From NCBI RefSeq assembly GCF_046462195.1, contig NZ_JBKGUN010000108.1, positions 9,628 through 73,627 of the forward strand: a stretch of 64,000 nucleotides of DNA, given 5' to 3'. The DNA comes from Paracoccus sp. (in: a-proteobacteria). Its GTDB lineage: Bacteria > Pseudomonadota > Alphaproteobacteria > Rhodobacterales > Rhodobacteraceae. The notes below the pieces were generated by a model. It was given only the letters and a program-made list of their open reading frames with translations. It was not told where the DNA came from and ran no database searches. Of this stretch, positions 46,009 through 56,527 are shown piece by piece (the stretch's first letter is position 1; every line of letters begins with the position of its first letter). Made by a program: the position numbers and the translations under genes.

Positions 46009-48788
46009 GCCTGTTCAGCCTCGGCCCGTTTCACGCCGTCGGCGATGGCCGCGCGCAGTTTCTTCTCCAACGAATCCCGCTTGGCGGGACTGTGCAGCTT
46101 CAGCCCAAACATGTCCTTGACATAGAAGCTGTCGACCACCTGCGCCCCATAAGTCGCAATCACGGCGCTGACAATCTGGATATGGTTGGCCGCCAGTGTT
46201 CGGGTCAGGTCATACAGCAGGCCCGGGCGGTCGCGGGCGTCCACCTCGATGATCGTGTAGATGTCGCTGCCGTCGTTGTCGAAGGTGATATGGGTGGGAA
46301 ACTTGAACTCCCGGTTCCGCTTTTTCGGCTTGTCCCGGCTGGCGAATGCTTCGCGCGCCACGATCTCTCCCCTGAGCGTGCGCAGGATGGTCTGGCGCAG
46401 CTTGGGCAGGCGATCCTCGGCAAAGGGATGACCTTCGCTGTCCTGCACCCAGAACACCGCCGTCGCATAGCCGTCGCGCGTGGTATAGGTCCGCGCATCG
46501 ACCACATTGGCCCCTGTCAGGGTCAGCGCCCCCGCCAGCCGCGAAAAGATGCCGGGATGGTCCGACAGCACAAAGGCCGCCCGTGTCGCGTCCCGGTCAG
46601 GGTCGGCCCGAAGGTCGATGCGGATCTCGTCGGGGCCGAGGCCCGACAACAATTCGGCGAAGACGGTCTGGGTCTGGGTGGGCAGGCCCGGCCAATAGGC
46701 GTCATAATGGCGCGCGATCTCGGCACGGATAGCGCGCCCGTCCCATCCCTTGGCGATCAGCATGTGGCGCAGGGATCGCTTGGCCTCGGCCTGGCGCTTG
46801 TCTCGGTTCAGCTCCTCCAGCCCGTTTTCCAGTGCGGCGGCCGTTTCCTGGTGCAGCTTGCGCAGCAGCATGGCCTTCCAGTTGTTCCAGGTGCCGGGTC
46901 CCACGCCCCGGATGTCGCACACGGTCAGCACCAGCAGCATGTCCAGCCGCTTGCGCGTCTTCACCGCCTTGGCAAAGTCGCGCAGGGTGCGCGGGTCCGA
47001 GATGTCGCGTTTCTGCGCCACATCCGACATCAGCAGGTGGTTGCGGACCAGCCATTCGACCGTGTCCACGTCATCCTGAGGAAAGCCGAAACGCGTGGCG
47101 ATGCGGCGCGCGATGCGGGCCCCCAGGATCGAATGGTCCTCGGGACGGCCCTTGCCGATGTCATGCAGAAGGGTTGCCAGGTAAAGAACGCGGCGGTTCA
47201 CCCCGGCCTCGATGATCTCGCTGGACAGGGGCAGGTCCTCGGGGTGTTCGCCCCGCTCGATCTCGGCCAGGGCGGCGACACATTGGATGGAATGTTCGTC
47301 CACGGTGTAGTGGTGATAAAGGTTGAACTGCATCATCGCCACGACCGGCTCGAACTCGGGGATGAATGCCGCCAGCACTCCCAGTTCGTTCATGCGGCGC
47401 AGCGCCCGTTCGGGATTGCCGTGTTTCAGAAGCAGGTCCATGAAGATGTGGATCGCCTCGGGGTCGGCCTGCACCGATGCGTCGATCTTGTCCAGGTTCG
47501 CGGCCACCAGCCGCATCGCGTCCGGGTGGATCAGCACACCGGTCCGCAGCGCTTCCTCGAACAAGCGCAGGATGTTCAGGGGGTCGGCCAGGAACTGCGC
47601 CTCGTCCTCGAAGGACAGACGGCCCTGCTGGTCGACAAAGCCCGGCCGGACCTTGCGCCGCTTGCGGAACAAGCGTCCCAAGAAGGGGGCGTTGCGGACA
47701 TGCCGCGCCTCCAGTTCGGTCAGGAAGACGCGGGTCAGTTCGCCCACGCGGGTCGCATGGCGGAAATAATCCTGCATGAAGTATTCGACGCCCCGACGGG
47801 CCGTCGTGTCGACATAGCCCATGCGGCGCGCGACCTCGACCTGCATGTCGAAGGACAGCACGTCCACGGAGCGTCCGGAAATCAGGTGCAGGTGGCAGCG
47901 CACCGCCCAGAGGAAATCCTCGGCCTGCCAGAAGGAGAGATGCTCGTCGCGCGAAAAGACACCCAGATCGACCAGTTCGACCGCACGATCGACACGGTGG
48001 ATGTATTTCGCGATCCAGTACAGTGTCTGCAGGTCGCGCAGCCCGCCCTTGCCCTCCTTGACGTTCGGTTCCAGCACATAGCGCTGGCCGCCCTGACGCT
48101 GATGCCGGGATGCGCGTTCCTCCAGCTTGGCTTCGATGAATTCGGGAATGGTGCGTTCGAACAGTTCGGACCACAGGCGATGGCGCAGGTCTTCGGCCAA
48201 GGGCGCATGGCCCGCGACCAGCCGGTGCTCCACCAGCGACGTGCGAATGGTCATGTCGCCCGCCCCGAGCCGGAGGCAATCGTCCACGCTGCGGATCGAA
48301 TGGCCGATCTTCAGCTTCAGGTCCCACATCATGTAGAGCATCGATTCGACGACGCTTTCCGCCCAGGCGGTGATCTTCCACGGCGTCAGGAACAGCAGAT
48401 CCACATCCGACGCGGGGGCCATTTCCGCCCGGCCATAACCGCCGACGGCCAGCACGGCCAGACGTTCGGTTTCCGAAGGCGACTGCTGGAGGTGCAGCCG
48501 CGTCGTGGCAACGTGGTGCACGGCCGTCACCAGGCTGTCGGTCAGCGTGGCGATGGCGCGCACGGTTTCGCGCGCTGCACGGGGATGGGTGGCAAAGCCT
48601 GCCTCGATATCCGCCATGGCCGAACTGCGCGTTTCGGACAGAAGGGCCACCGTCGCTGCCCGGATCTGCCGGGGTTCGGTCAGGTCCCGAAGACAATCAT
48701 CCAGCCGCGCGACAAGGGCCGCCGGGTCGAAAGCAGGATGCGCCCCGGAAATGACCGGGGCGCTTGGGGTCTGGCCGTTGACGGGCAT
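46005..48788 (-). CDS. glnD: [protein-PII] uridylyltransferase / uridylyl-removing enzyme
   Basis: 927 aa with a nucleotidyltransferase region (LAVGGYGRAEMAPASDVDLLFL), an HD domain (ATLLHDIGKGRPEDHS) and two C-terminal ACT-like domains. ATGA overlap with murJ. Confidence 0.93.
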   Translation of the reverse strand: MPVNGQTPSAPVISGAHPAFDPAALVARLDDCLRDLTEPRQIRAATVALLSETRSSAMADIEAGFATHPRAARETVRAIATLTDSLVTAVHHVATTRLHLQQSPSETERLAVLAVGGYGRAEMAPASDVDLLFLTPWKITAWAESVVESMLYMMWDLKLKIGHSIRSVDDCLRLGAGDMTIRTSLVEHRLVAGHAPLAEDLRHRLWSELFERTIPEFIEAKLEERASRHQRQGGQRYVLEPNVKEGKGGLRDLQTLYWIAKYIHRVDRAVELVDLGVFSRDEHLSFWQAEDFLWAVRCHLHLISGRSVDVLSFDMQVEVARRMGYVDTTARRGVEYFMQDYFRHATRVGELTRVFLTELEARHVRNAPFLGRLFRKRRKVRPGFVDQQGRLSFEDEAQFLADPLNILRLFEEALRTGVLIHPDAMRLVAANLDKIDASVQADPEAIHIFMDLLLKHGNPERALRRMNELGVLAAFIPEFEPVVAMMQFNLYHHYTVDEHSIQCVAALAEIERGEHPEDLPLSSEIIEAGVNRRVLYLATLLHDIGKGRPEDHSILGARIARRIATRFGFPQDDVDTVEWLVRNHLLMSDVAQKRDISDPRTLRDFAKAVKTRKRLDMLLVLTVCDIRGVGPGTWNNWKAMLLRKLHQETAAALENGLEELNRDKRQAEAKRSLRHMLIAKGWDGRAIRAEIARHYDAYWPGLPTQTQTVFAELLSGLGPDEIRIDLRADPDRDATRAAFVLSDHPGIFSRLAGALTLTGANVVDARTYTTRDGYATAVFWVQDSEGHPFAEDRLPKLRQTILRTLRGEIVAREAFASRDKPKKRNREFKFPTHITFDNDGSDIYTIIEVDARDRPGLLYDLTRTLAANHIQIVSAVIATYGAQVVDSFYVKDMFGLKLHSPAKRDSLEKKLRAAIADGVKRAEAEQA

Positions 48789-48809
48789 GATGAGTGGTGG
48801 TCCTGTTTC

Positions 48810-50018
48810 TTACGATCCCAGGCCGCGCGCGTTGCGCGGCGCGGCATCCAAGATCACCAGCTGGTTGTTACGGATGGTGGCGACAGCCAGCCCGCGTTGG
48901 ACAGTGCCATCGCGCTGCAGCCGGAAAATGCCGCCGACGCCGTTGAAGCCCGCACGCTGCGTCAGCCCCGACGTGGTCAGCGCGTTCGGACGGCCGTTCC
49001 GCGCCAGCGAGGCGATCGCCGCGACACCGTCATAGGCCAGCGATGCCAGCTGATGCGGCGCCTCGCCATAGGCCTGCGCATAACGGGCCTCGAACTGGCG
49101 CTGCAGGGACTGGTCGGGGATCGCGAACCAGCCCTCGGCCAGTTGCGGCATCCGCAAGCGGTCGGCCGGCTGGTCCCATCGTGTCAGGCCCATCATCTGC
49201 GTCACGGGCGAACGCACGCCCGCGGCCGCCAGCTTTTCCGTCAGATAGGGCAGGACAGCCTGGTTGTTGGCTGTCATGAAGACGGCATCGACCTGACCTG
49301 ACTGGGCGGCCTGGGCGATGCGCGGGGCAACCGCGTCAATCCCGCTGATCGACACGGGATGGTTCACGCGGGCCGCCATGCGTGCGCCGTTGCGGGCGAT
49401 CGCGCGTTCGATGGCGCGGCCGCCCAGCTGTCCGGCGACGTCATCCTCGGCCACCACGAGCAGATTGCGCTTGCCCTGCTGGGCGCCATAGCCGACCAGC
49501 CGGTCCGCGATATTCTCGAAACTGTTTCCCAGGATGAAGACGTTGCCGCCCGCGACCTGTGTGTTGTTCGAAAAGGTCAGCACGTTGATGTTGCGCGGCA
49601 GCATTGCATTGCCGACGGCGTTCGCACCTTCGGCGAACAGCGGGCCCAGGATGATCTGTGCGCCGGCATCGGCCGCGGCATTGGCCTGGGCGACGGCGGT
49701 TTCGGTGGAACTGCCGGTGTCATAAACGCGAAGGTCGATGCTGGCGCCCTGCGCGTCACCTGCCGCCATGCGCGCCGCGTTCTTGAGGCTGCGGGCCAGC
49801 CATTCCAGATCCTGCGATCCTGTTCCGCCCGGCGCCAGAAGCGCGACACGGACCGGCTTTGACGGGTCGATCAGCTGCCCCACCTCGGGTCCGCTGGCCT
49901 GTTCGGTCGAGGCGCCGGGCTCGCAGGCGGCGAGCAGAAAGGCCGAAAGCACGGCGGCGCCGCGAAGCACGGCGCGGCGCAGGCCAGGGGCAGGCCGGGT
50001 TGTGGCGGATGCGAACAT
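48810..50018 (-). CDS. periplasmic-binding-fold lipoprotein (LpoA-like penicillin-binding protein activator)
   Basis: 402 aa with a signal peptide plus lipobox LLAAC and a type-I PBP fold. Divergent from rsmI, as lpoA is in enterobacteria. Confidence 0.7.
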   Translation of the reverse strand: MFASATTRPAPGLRRAVLRGAAVLSAFLLAACEPGASTEQASGPEVGQLIDPSKPVRVALLAPGGTGSQDLEWLARSLKNAARMAAGDAQGASIDLRVYDTGSSTETAVAQANAAADAGAQIILGPLFAEGANAVGNAMLPRNINVLTFSNNTQVAGGNVFILGNSFENIADRLVGYGAQQGKRNLLVVAEDDVAGQLGGRAIERAIARNGARMAARVNHPVSISGIDAVAPRIAQAAQSGQVDAVFMTANNQAVLPYLTEKLAAAGVRSPVTQMMGLTRWDQPADRLRMPQLAEGWFAIPDQSLQRQFEARYAQAYGEAPHQLASLAYDGVAAIASLARNGRPNALTTSGLTQRAGFNGVGGIFRLQRDGTVQRGLAVATIRNNQLVILDAAPRNARGLGS

Positions 50019-50128
50019 GTGAAACTTCCCTGCGATGTGATACGAAGCACGCGGATGCGCAAAGCCTATGGCCTGCGCCCGCGATTAGCAATCAGCGCCG
50101 GCCCCGGCCCGCGCGGACAGGAGGCAGG

Positions 50129-51058
50129 ATGAGTGCCCAGAGCGACCGGCCCGAGGTCGAACCCGCCCGCAGGCTGACGGCCCATGTCGAGGCGGCACGC
50201 CTGCAGCCGGGACTTTATCTGGTGGCCACGCCCATCGGCGCCGCACGCGACATCACGCTGCGCGCGCTGGATGTGCTGAACAGCGCCGACCTGCTGGCGG
50301 CCGAGGACACGCGCGTGCTGCGCCACCTGATGGATATCCACGGCATTCCCCTGCGGGGGCGGCGCATCCTGTCCTATCATGACCACAATGGCGACCGTGC
50401 GCGGCCTGCCCTGCTGGCGGCGCTGGCCGAGGGGGCGAGCGTGGCCTATTGTTCGGATGCGGGAACGCCCCTTGTGGCCGATCCCGGATATCGGCTTGCA
50501 CTGGATGCGGCCGAGGCGGGCGCGCGGGTTCATGCACTGCCGGGGCCGTCTGCGGCGCTGGTGGCGCTGAGCCTGTCCGGCCTGCCCAGCGACCGCTTCC
50601 TGTTTCTTGGCTTTCCGCCCTCCACCCGCACGGCACGACAGACCTGGCTGCGCCGGTGGACGGCCGTTGATTCGACACTGATCCTGTTCGAAAGCCCCCG
50701 GCGCGTGGGGCGGACGCTGGAGGATCTGTCCGCGATCGATCCCCACCGCAAGACGGTCATCGCGCGCGAACTGACCAAGAAGTTCGAGGAGGTGATCCGC
50801 GGCACCGCCGAGGACCTGTCGCGGGATCCGCGCATGGGCAGCCTGAAGGGGGAGGTCGTGATGGTGCTGGACCGGCCTTCCGCCGCCGAGGTCGACGAGG
50901 ACCGCCTGCGTCACGTACTGGAAGAATACATGCGCCGCCTTTCCGTCAAGGATGCCGCCCGGGAGGCCGCGCAGGAGTTGGGACTGCCCAAGCGCGACGT
51001 TTATCAGCTTGCGCTGGAGCTGGACCGCGATGCGCGGGACGAGCCCGATGACGCCTGA
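50129..51058 (+). CDS. rsmI: 16S rRNA (cytidine1402-2'-O)-methyltransferase
   Basis: MSAQSDRP...GLYLVATPIGAARDITLRALDVLNSADLLAAEDTR...SDAGTPLVADPG.... ATG at 50129 follows GGAGG. Confidence 0.9.
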   Translation: MSAQSDRPEVEPARRLTAHVEAARLQPGLYLVATPIGAARDITLRALDVLNSADLLAAEDTRVLRHLMDIHGIPLRGRRILSYHDHNGDRARPALLAALAEGASVAYCSDAGTPLVADPGYRLALDAAEAGARVHALPGPSAALVALSLSGLPSDRFLFLGFPPSTRTARQTWLRRWTAVDSTLILFESPRRVGRTLEDLSAIDPHRKTVIARELTKKFEEVIRGTAEDLSRDPRMGSLKGEVVMVLDRPSAAEVDEDRLRHVLEEYMRRLSVKDAAREAAQELGLPKRDVYQLALELDRDARDEPDDA

Positions 51059-51437
51059 CGGACCTTCCGGCATGCGTCGCCAGCGCGGTCGAGTTGCCGC
51101 GCTTTCGGGTCGGATGGCCGAAGAGGCGGTACTGCGCCACTATGTCCTGCAGGGGGGCGATCTGCTGGCCAGCCGGTGGAAGGGCGCTGCGGGCGAGATA
51201 GACCTGATCCTGCGCCTGGACGAGGAAATCGTCTTTGTCGAGGTCAAGGCTGCCCGCAGTCATGACGAAGCCGCCCTGCGCCTGCTGCCGTCGCAGATGC
51301 AGCGGATCACCCGCGCCGCCTGCGAATTCTGCGAAGCGCGGGGCTGGTCGCTGGGCGTCCCGATGCGGTTCGATGCTGCGCTGGTCGACGGCACCGGACG
51401 TGTGCAGGTGATCCCCAACGCCTTTGGGGAGATGTGA
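51048..51437 (+). CDS. yraN: YraN-family (UPF0102) endonuclease-like protein
   Basis: ...GRMAEEAVLRHYVLQGGDLLASRWKGAAGEIDLILRLDEEIVFVEVKA.... The start is uncertain: 51048 or 51072. Confidence 0.85.
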   Translation: MTPDGPSGMRRQRGRVAALSGRMAEEAVLRHYVLQGGDLLASRWKGAAGEIDLILRLDEEIVFVEVKAARSHDEAALRLLPSQMQRITRAACEFCEARGWSLGVPMRFDAALVDGTGRVQVIPNAFGEM

Positions 51438-51500
51438 CGGGCAGGCTTGCATCCGCTCGAGGTGCAGGCCAGAACAAGGCCGGATAACAGGAGCCGCGCC

Positions 51501-52454
51501 ATGAGCCTTCACGTCGCCTTGCAGATGGACCCGATCGAGGATGTTTCGATCGACGCAGACAGCACCTTCCGCATCGGGCTCGAGGCCGAGGCGCGCGGTC
51601 ATCGCCTGTTCCAGTACACCGTCGACCAGTTGCGCTATGACGAAGGCCGGGTGATCGCTCGGGGCCGTCCCGTCTCGCTGCGCCGGGTCCAGGGCGATCA
51701 CGTCACCTTCGGCGACTGGGCCGAGGTTGATCTGGAGGAGTTCGATGTCGTCTGGCTGCGTCAGGACCCGCCCTTCGACATGGCCTATGTCACCTCGACC
51801 CATCTGCTGGACCGGGTGCATCCGCGGACACTGGTCGTCAACGACCCGTTCTGGGTCAGGAACTGTCCCGAAAAGCTGATGGTGCTGGACTTTCCGGACC
51901 TGACGCCTCCCACCATGATTTCGCGCAATCCCGCGGCGTTCCGGTCCTTCCGCGCGCGCCACGGAGAGATCATCGTCAAGCCGCTTTACGGAAACGGCGG
52001 CGCAGGGGTGTTTCACCTCAAGCCGGGCGACCCGAACCTGTCATCGCTGCTGGAAACCTATGCCGGCATCAACCGCGAGCCGATGATCGCGCAGAAATAC
52101 CTGCCCGCCGTGGTCAAGGGCGACAAGCGCGTGATCCTGGTGGACGGAGAGCCTGTGGGCGCCATCAACCGCGTTCCGCAGGAAGGCGAGGCGCGCTCGA
52201 ACATGCATGTCGGCGGGCGCGCCGAAAGGGTCGGCCTGACCGAGCGCGAGCGCGAGATCTGCGCCCGCATCGGTCCGGTCCTGCGGGAAAAGGGGCTGAT
52301 CTTCACCGGCATCGACGTGATCGACGGCTGGCTGACCGAGATCAACGTCACCTCGCCCACCGGCATCCAGGAACTGGAGCGCTTCGACGGCATCAATGCC
52401 GCCGAAGCGATCTGGCAGGCCATCGAACGGCGGGTGGCGGCTGCTCAACCCTGA
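51501..52454 (+). CDS. gshB: glutathione synthase
   Basis: [23 protein letters not shown]...[11 protein letters not shown]...[15 protein letters not shown]... (ATP-grasp). ATG at 51501 follows AGGAG. Confidence 0.92.
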   Translation: MSLHVALQMDPIEDVSIDADSTFRIGLEAEARGHRLFQYTVDQLRYDEGRVIARGRPVSLRRVQGDHVTFGDWAEVDLEEFDVVWLRQDPPFDMAYVTSTHLLDRVHPRTLVVNDPFWVRNCPEKLMVLDFPDLTPPTMISRNPAAFRSFRARHGEIIVKPLYGNGGAGVFHLKPGDPNLSSLLETYAGINREPMIAQKYLPAVVKGDKRVILVDGEPVGAINRVPQEGEARSNMHVGGRAERVGLTEREREICARIGPVLREKGLIFTGIDVIDGWLTEINVTSPTGIQELERFDGINAAEAIWQAIERRVAAAQP

Positions 52455-52527
52455 GAGCCCGTGTTTCCGAACAGGCAGCCTTTCGCGCTGGGCGTGGACA
52501 GGAAGCGGCAGTGAGTTGGTCCCAGCT

Positions 52528-52548
52528 CCCCTGCATCCGTTGCAGGGG
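52528..52548. terminator. hairpin between convergent gshB and comM
   Basis: CCCCTGCA-TCCGT-TGCAGGGG. A second palindrome, CTTGCCGGCAAG, lies at 52563-52574. Confidence 0.45.
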
Positions 52549-52604
52549 CGACCGCACAATGTCTTGCCGGCAAGGTCATTGACCGGCGGCAGCCCGACCG
52601 ATCC

Positions 52605-54119
52605 TTATCCCCCTGCCACAAACGGCAGGCGATAGCTGATGGCCTCGGCCAGGTGATGAACATGGACCTTGGTCGAACCCTCCAGGTCGGCGATGGTGCG
52701 GGCGGTGCGCAGGATGCGGTGATACCCTCGTGCCGTCAGGCCCAGACGCTCGGCCGCCTTGTGGATCAGCACGCGGCCGGCGTCATCCGGCGCAGCGATC
52801 TGGTCCAGCAAGGGACCCGAGGCGTCCGCGTTCACCTGCACCCCGACCTCATCCTGAAAACGCCTTGCCTGGATGTCACGCGCCGCGGCAATGCGTGTTG
52901 CCACTTGGGCCGAGGTTTCCCCGCTGTTCGGCAGGTCCAGGTCCTGCAGGCTGACGCCCGGAACCTCCAGTCGCAGGTCGAGGCGGTCCATCAGCGGTCC
53001 CGAGATCTTGTTCAGGTAATCGCTGCCGCAGACGGGCGCCCGCGCACAGGCCCGTGCCGGATCAGCCAACTGTCCGCAGCGACAGGGATTGGCGGCGGCC
53101 ACCAGAAGAAACCGGCAAGGATAGCGGATATGCGCATTGGCGCGCGACACGACGACCTCGCCCGTCTCGATGGGCTGGCGCAGTGTTTCCAGCACCTTTC
53201 GGTCGAATTCCGGCAGTTCGTCGAGGAACAGGACACCGTTATGGGCCAAACTGATCTGTCCGGGCCGGGCCTTGGGGCCCCCGCCCACGATTGCGGGACT
53301 GGACGCAGTGTGATGCGGGTCCTGAAACGGCGGCCGGCGTGTGATGCCCCCATGGCCCAGCGTTCCCGCCAATGAGTGGATCATCGAGGTTTCCAAGGCT
53401 TCGCGGGCCGACAGCGGCGGCATCAGACCGGGCATGCGGGCCGCCAGCATCGATTTGCCGGCGCCCGGAGGACCGACCATCAGCAGGTGGTGCCGCCCTG
53501 CTGCCGCGATTTCCATGGCACGCTTGGCCCGCTCCTGTCCTTTGACATCGGACAGGCACAGCGTGCCGGGCGAATCCTGGACCATTCCGGCGCGTGCCGC
53601 CGCTATGGGCGCGCGATCCGTCAGGTGTTCGATCACCTCGCGCAGGGTCGCCGGGGCCAGAACGGGGACCTGCTCGATCCAGGCCGCTTCCGCGCCGCAG
53701 GCTCGCGGGCAGATCAGGGCGCGATCCTCCTGGGACGCGGCAAGGGCGGCGGGCAGGGCCCCCGCAACGGGCACAAGCCGCCCATCCAGAGCCAGCTCCC
53801 CCAGGGAAACGCATCGGGCCAGTTCTTCGGCGGGAATGATTTCCAGCGCCGCCAGAACAGCCAGCGCAATGGGCAAGTCGAAATGCGAGCCCTCCTTGGG
53901 GAGATCCGCAGGCGACAGGTTCACGGTCAGCCGGCGGCTTGGCAGCGCGATGGCCAAGGCTCCAAAGGCGGCGCGGACCCGCTCGCGTGCTTCGCTGACG
54001 GCCTTGTCGGGAAGGCCCACGATGGAAAAGGTCGGAAGGCCCGCAGCGACGGCGCATTGCACCTCGACCAGTCGCGCCTCGACGCCCTCGAACGCCACCG
54101 AATAGGCGATTGCGACCAT
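52605..54119 (-). CDS. comM: YifB/ComM-family Mg-chelatase-like AAA+ ATPase
   Basis: ATG at 54119 gives MVAIAYSVAFEGVEARLVEVQCAVAAGLPTFSIVGLPDKAVSEARERV.... Also present: GPPGAGKSMLA (Walker A) and GVLFLDELPEF (Walker B). Confidence 0.92.
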   Translation of the reverse strand: MVAIAYSVAFEGVEARLVEVQCAVAAGLPTFSIVGLPDKAVSEARERVRAAFGALAIALPSRRLTVNLSPADLPKEGSHFDLPIALAVLAALEIIPAEELARCVSLGELALDGRLVPVAGALPAALAASQEDRALICPRACGAEAAWIEQVPVLAPATLREVIEHLTDRAPIAAARAGMVQDSPGTLCLSDVKGQERAKRAMEIAAAGRHHLLMVGPPGAGKSMLAARMPGLMPPLSAREALETSMIHSLAGTLGHGGITRRPPFQDPHHTASSPAIVGGGPKARPGQISLAHNGVLFLDELPEFDRKVLETLRQPIETGEVVVSRANAHIRYPCRFLLVAAANPCRCGQLADPARACARAPVCGSDYLNKISGPLMDRLDLRLEVPGVSLQDLDLPNSGETSAQVATRIAAARDIQARRFQDEVGVQVNADASGPLLDQIAAPDDAGRVLIHKAAERLGLTARGYHRILRTARTIADLEGSTKVHVHHLAEAISYRLPFVAGG

Positions 54120-54246
54120 GACTGCCCCCTTGAGTTCGAGGCGAATGGTTAACGGCTTGGCGGTTAAGGAAGGATTAACGCCACCGGGTTCCTTGCGGCA
54201 GCGTGGCGCGGGCGCTATCTGTGCCACGTGATCGGCCGGAGGACGG

Positions 54247-55443
54247 ATGCAGGGCAAACGGATATTGTTGATCGTGGGCGGAGGGATCTCGGCCTACAAG
54301 ATCCCGCAGTTGATCCGCCTGATCCGGGGGGCAGGGGCCGCCGTCACGCCTGTCCTGACAACGGCCGGTGCCCAGTTCACGACGCCCATGACGCTGTCGG
54401 TCCTTGCCGGAGAGCCTGTTCATGACACGTTGTGGGATCAGGGGACCGAGGCCGAGATCGGACATATTCAGTTGTCGCGGCGTGCCGATCTGGTGGTGGT
54501 GGCGCCTGCCACCGCCGACCTGATGGCGCGCATGGCGCAGGGCATGGCCAGTGACCTGGCCTCGACCCTGCTGCTGGCGACGGACAAGCGGGTGCTGATC
54601 GCGCCCGCCATGAATGTGCGGATGTGGGACCATCCGGCCACACGGCGGAATCTTGCGACGCTGAAGGACGATGGCATCCTGACCGTCGGTCCTGACAGCG
54701 GCGACATGGCCTGCGGCGAATATGGCCCCGGCCGCATGGCCGAACCCGAGGCAATCCTGGCAGCCATCCGCCAAGCGCTGACCCCGCAGCCGCAGCCGCT
54801 GGCCGGCAAGCATGTCATCGTGACCTCCGGGCCGACGCATGAGCCGATCGACCCGGTGCGTTTCATCGCCAATCGTTCCAGCGGGGCACAGGGGGCGGCC
54901 TTGGCATCCGCCCTGCGCGATCTGGGCGCGCGGGTCAGTTTTGTCACAGGTCCCGCCGTGGTGCCCGCACCGGCAGGTGTTCGGGTGATCGCGGTCGAGA
55001 CCGCCCGACAGATGCACGAGGCCGTTCAGGCCGCGCTGCCCGCCGATGCAGCGGTGATGGCGGCCGCGGTTGCGGACTGGCAGGTGGTCAACTCCAGCGG
55101 CCACAAGATGAAAAAAGACGGCAGTGGACGTCCGCCAGCGCTGCAGATGGCGGAAAATCCGGACATCCTTGCCTGGATCAGCCATGCGGATCAGCGGCCG
55201 CGCCTGGTGGTCGGCTTTGCCGCCGAAACCCAAGATGTCGTGGCCCATGCCACGGCCAAGCGTATCCGCAAGGGCTGCGACTGGATCGTGGCCAACGACG
55301 TCAGCCCGGGGACAGGCATCATGGGCGGGGCCGAGAACGCGGTGACGCTGATCACGGATGGCGGTGCCGAATCCTGGCCGCGGATGGCCAAGGATGCCGT
55401 CGCCGCGCGGCTGGCGGACCGTATCGCGAAGGAAATCGCATGA
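54247..55443 (+). CDS. coaBC: bifunctional phosphopantothenoylcysteine decarboxylase / phosphopantothenate--cysteine ligase
   Basis: 398 aa with MQGKRILLIVGGGISAYK...PAMNVRMW...ITSGPTHEPIDPVRFIANRSSG.... Confidence 0.93.
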   Translation: MQGKRILLIVGGGISAYKIPQLIRLIRGAGAAVTPVLTTAGAQFTTPMTLSVLAGEPVHDTLWDQGTEAEIGHIQLSRRADLVVVAPATADLMARMAQGMASDLASTLLLATDKRVLIAPAMNVRMWDHPATRRNLATLKDDGILTVGPDSGDMACGEYGPGRMAEPEAILAAIRQALTPQPQPLAGKHVIVTSGPTHEPIDPVRFIANRSSGAQGAALASALRDLGARVSFVTGPAVVPAPAGVRVIAVETARQMHEAVQAALPADAAVMAAAVADWQVVNSSGHKMKKDGSGRPPALQMAENPDILAWISHADQRPRLVVGFAAETQDVVAHATAKRIRKGCDWIVANDVSPGTGIMGGAENAVTLITDGGAESWPRMAKDAVAARLADRIAKEIA

Positions 55444-56483
55444 GAACCTATCTTGATTGGAACGCCACCACCCCGTTGCGTGCCGAAGCCATGGCCGCGA
55501 TGACCGAAGGGATGGAGATTGCCGGCAATCCTTCATCGGTTCATGCGGAGGGACGGGCCGCCAAGATGGCGCTGGAGCGCGCGCGCGAACAGGTGGCTGC
55601 TGCGCTGGGCGCCGAGGGTGCGGACGTTGTCTTTACCTCGGGCGCGACCGAGGCGGCGGCGATGGTCCTGTCGCAGGGCACGATGCGATGCGCGGCAACC
55701 GAACACAGCGCCGTCAAGGTCTGGTGCGACGCCACTCTCTCCGTGAATCGCGACGGCATCGTGACGGTGGACGATCCGGCGCAGACAAGCCTGCAACTGG
55801 CCAACAACGAAACGGGGGTCATGCAGGACCTGCCGCAGGGTCTGGCCTCCAGCGACCTGACGCAGGCCTTTGGCAAGGTCCCCTTTGCCTTCAACTGGCT
55901 TGGCATCACCGCGGGCTTTGTCAGTGCGCACAAGCTGGGCGGACCCAAGGGGATCGGTGCGCTGGTCCTGAGGAAGGGCACCGAACTGCCGGCACTGATC
56001 CGCGGCGGCGGACAGGAGCAAGGGCGTCGCGCGGGGACCGAGAACCTGATCGGCATCCTGGGATTTGCCGCCGCCGCCACGGCCGCGCAGAAGGATCTTG
56101 ACGCCGGCCTGTGGGACGAGGTGGCGGCACGACGGGACGCGCTGGAGGCGCGGCTCTGCGACATCGCGCCCGGGGCGATCATTGCCGGAAAAGGGGTTCG
56201 GCGCTTGCCGAACACGACCTGCCTTCTTACATCGGGATGGAAGGGTGAGACGCAGGTCATGCAGATGGATCTGGCGGGCTTTGCCATCTCGGCGGGGTCG
56301 GCCTGTTCCTCCGGCAAGGTCAGGGCCAGCGGCTCGCTTCAGGCAATGGGATTTGACGATCAGCTTTCGCAATCGGCCATACGAATATCCATAAGCCCGG
56401 CTTTGGGTGACGATCAGATCAACCGATTTGCGGATGCCTGGGAAAAAGCGTATTCACGCTGGCGCGACAGGGCCACGGCGTGA
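55440..56483 (+). CDS. class-V aminotransferase / cysteine desulfurase family protein (NifS-like)
   Basis: 347 aa with ...[10 protein letters not shown]...[10 protein letters not shown] (PLP-Lys)...SAGSACSSG (active-site Cys). ATGA overlap with coaBC. Confidence 0.85.
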   Translation: MRTYLDWNATTPLRAEAMAAMTEGMEIAGNPSSVHAEGRAAKMALERAREQVAAALGAEGADVVFTSGATEAAAMVLSQGTMRCAATEHSAVKVWCDATLSVNRDGIVTVDDPAQTSLQLANNETGVMQDLPQGLASSDLTQAFGKVPFAFNWLGITAGFVSAHKLGGPKGIGALVLRKGTELPALIRGGGQEQGRRAGTENLIGILGFAAAATAAQKDLDAGLWDEVAARRDALEARLCDIAPGAIIAGKGVRRLPNTTCLLTSGWKGETQVMQMDLAGFAISAGSACSSGKVRASGSLQAMGFDDQLSQSAIRISISPALGDDQINRFADAWEKAYSRWRDRATA

Positions 56484-56527
56484 CAGGAACGGGCGGGCAG
56501 GGGCCTGCCACCGAGGAAGGACAAGCG

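Noticed and set aside
45912-49301. 1129-aa ORF on the plus strand, the longest in the track
   Set aside because: It is antisense to murJ and glnD, both of which have unmistakable conserved motifs. The translated sequence is Arg/Gly/His/Pro/Gln-rich with no recognisable domains. This is the typical stop-codon-poor antisense frame of high-GC DNA.
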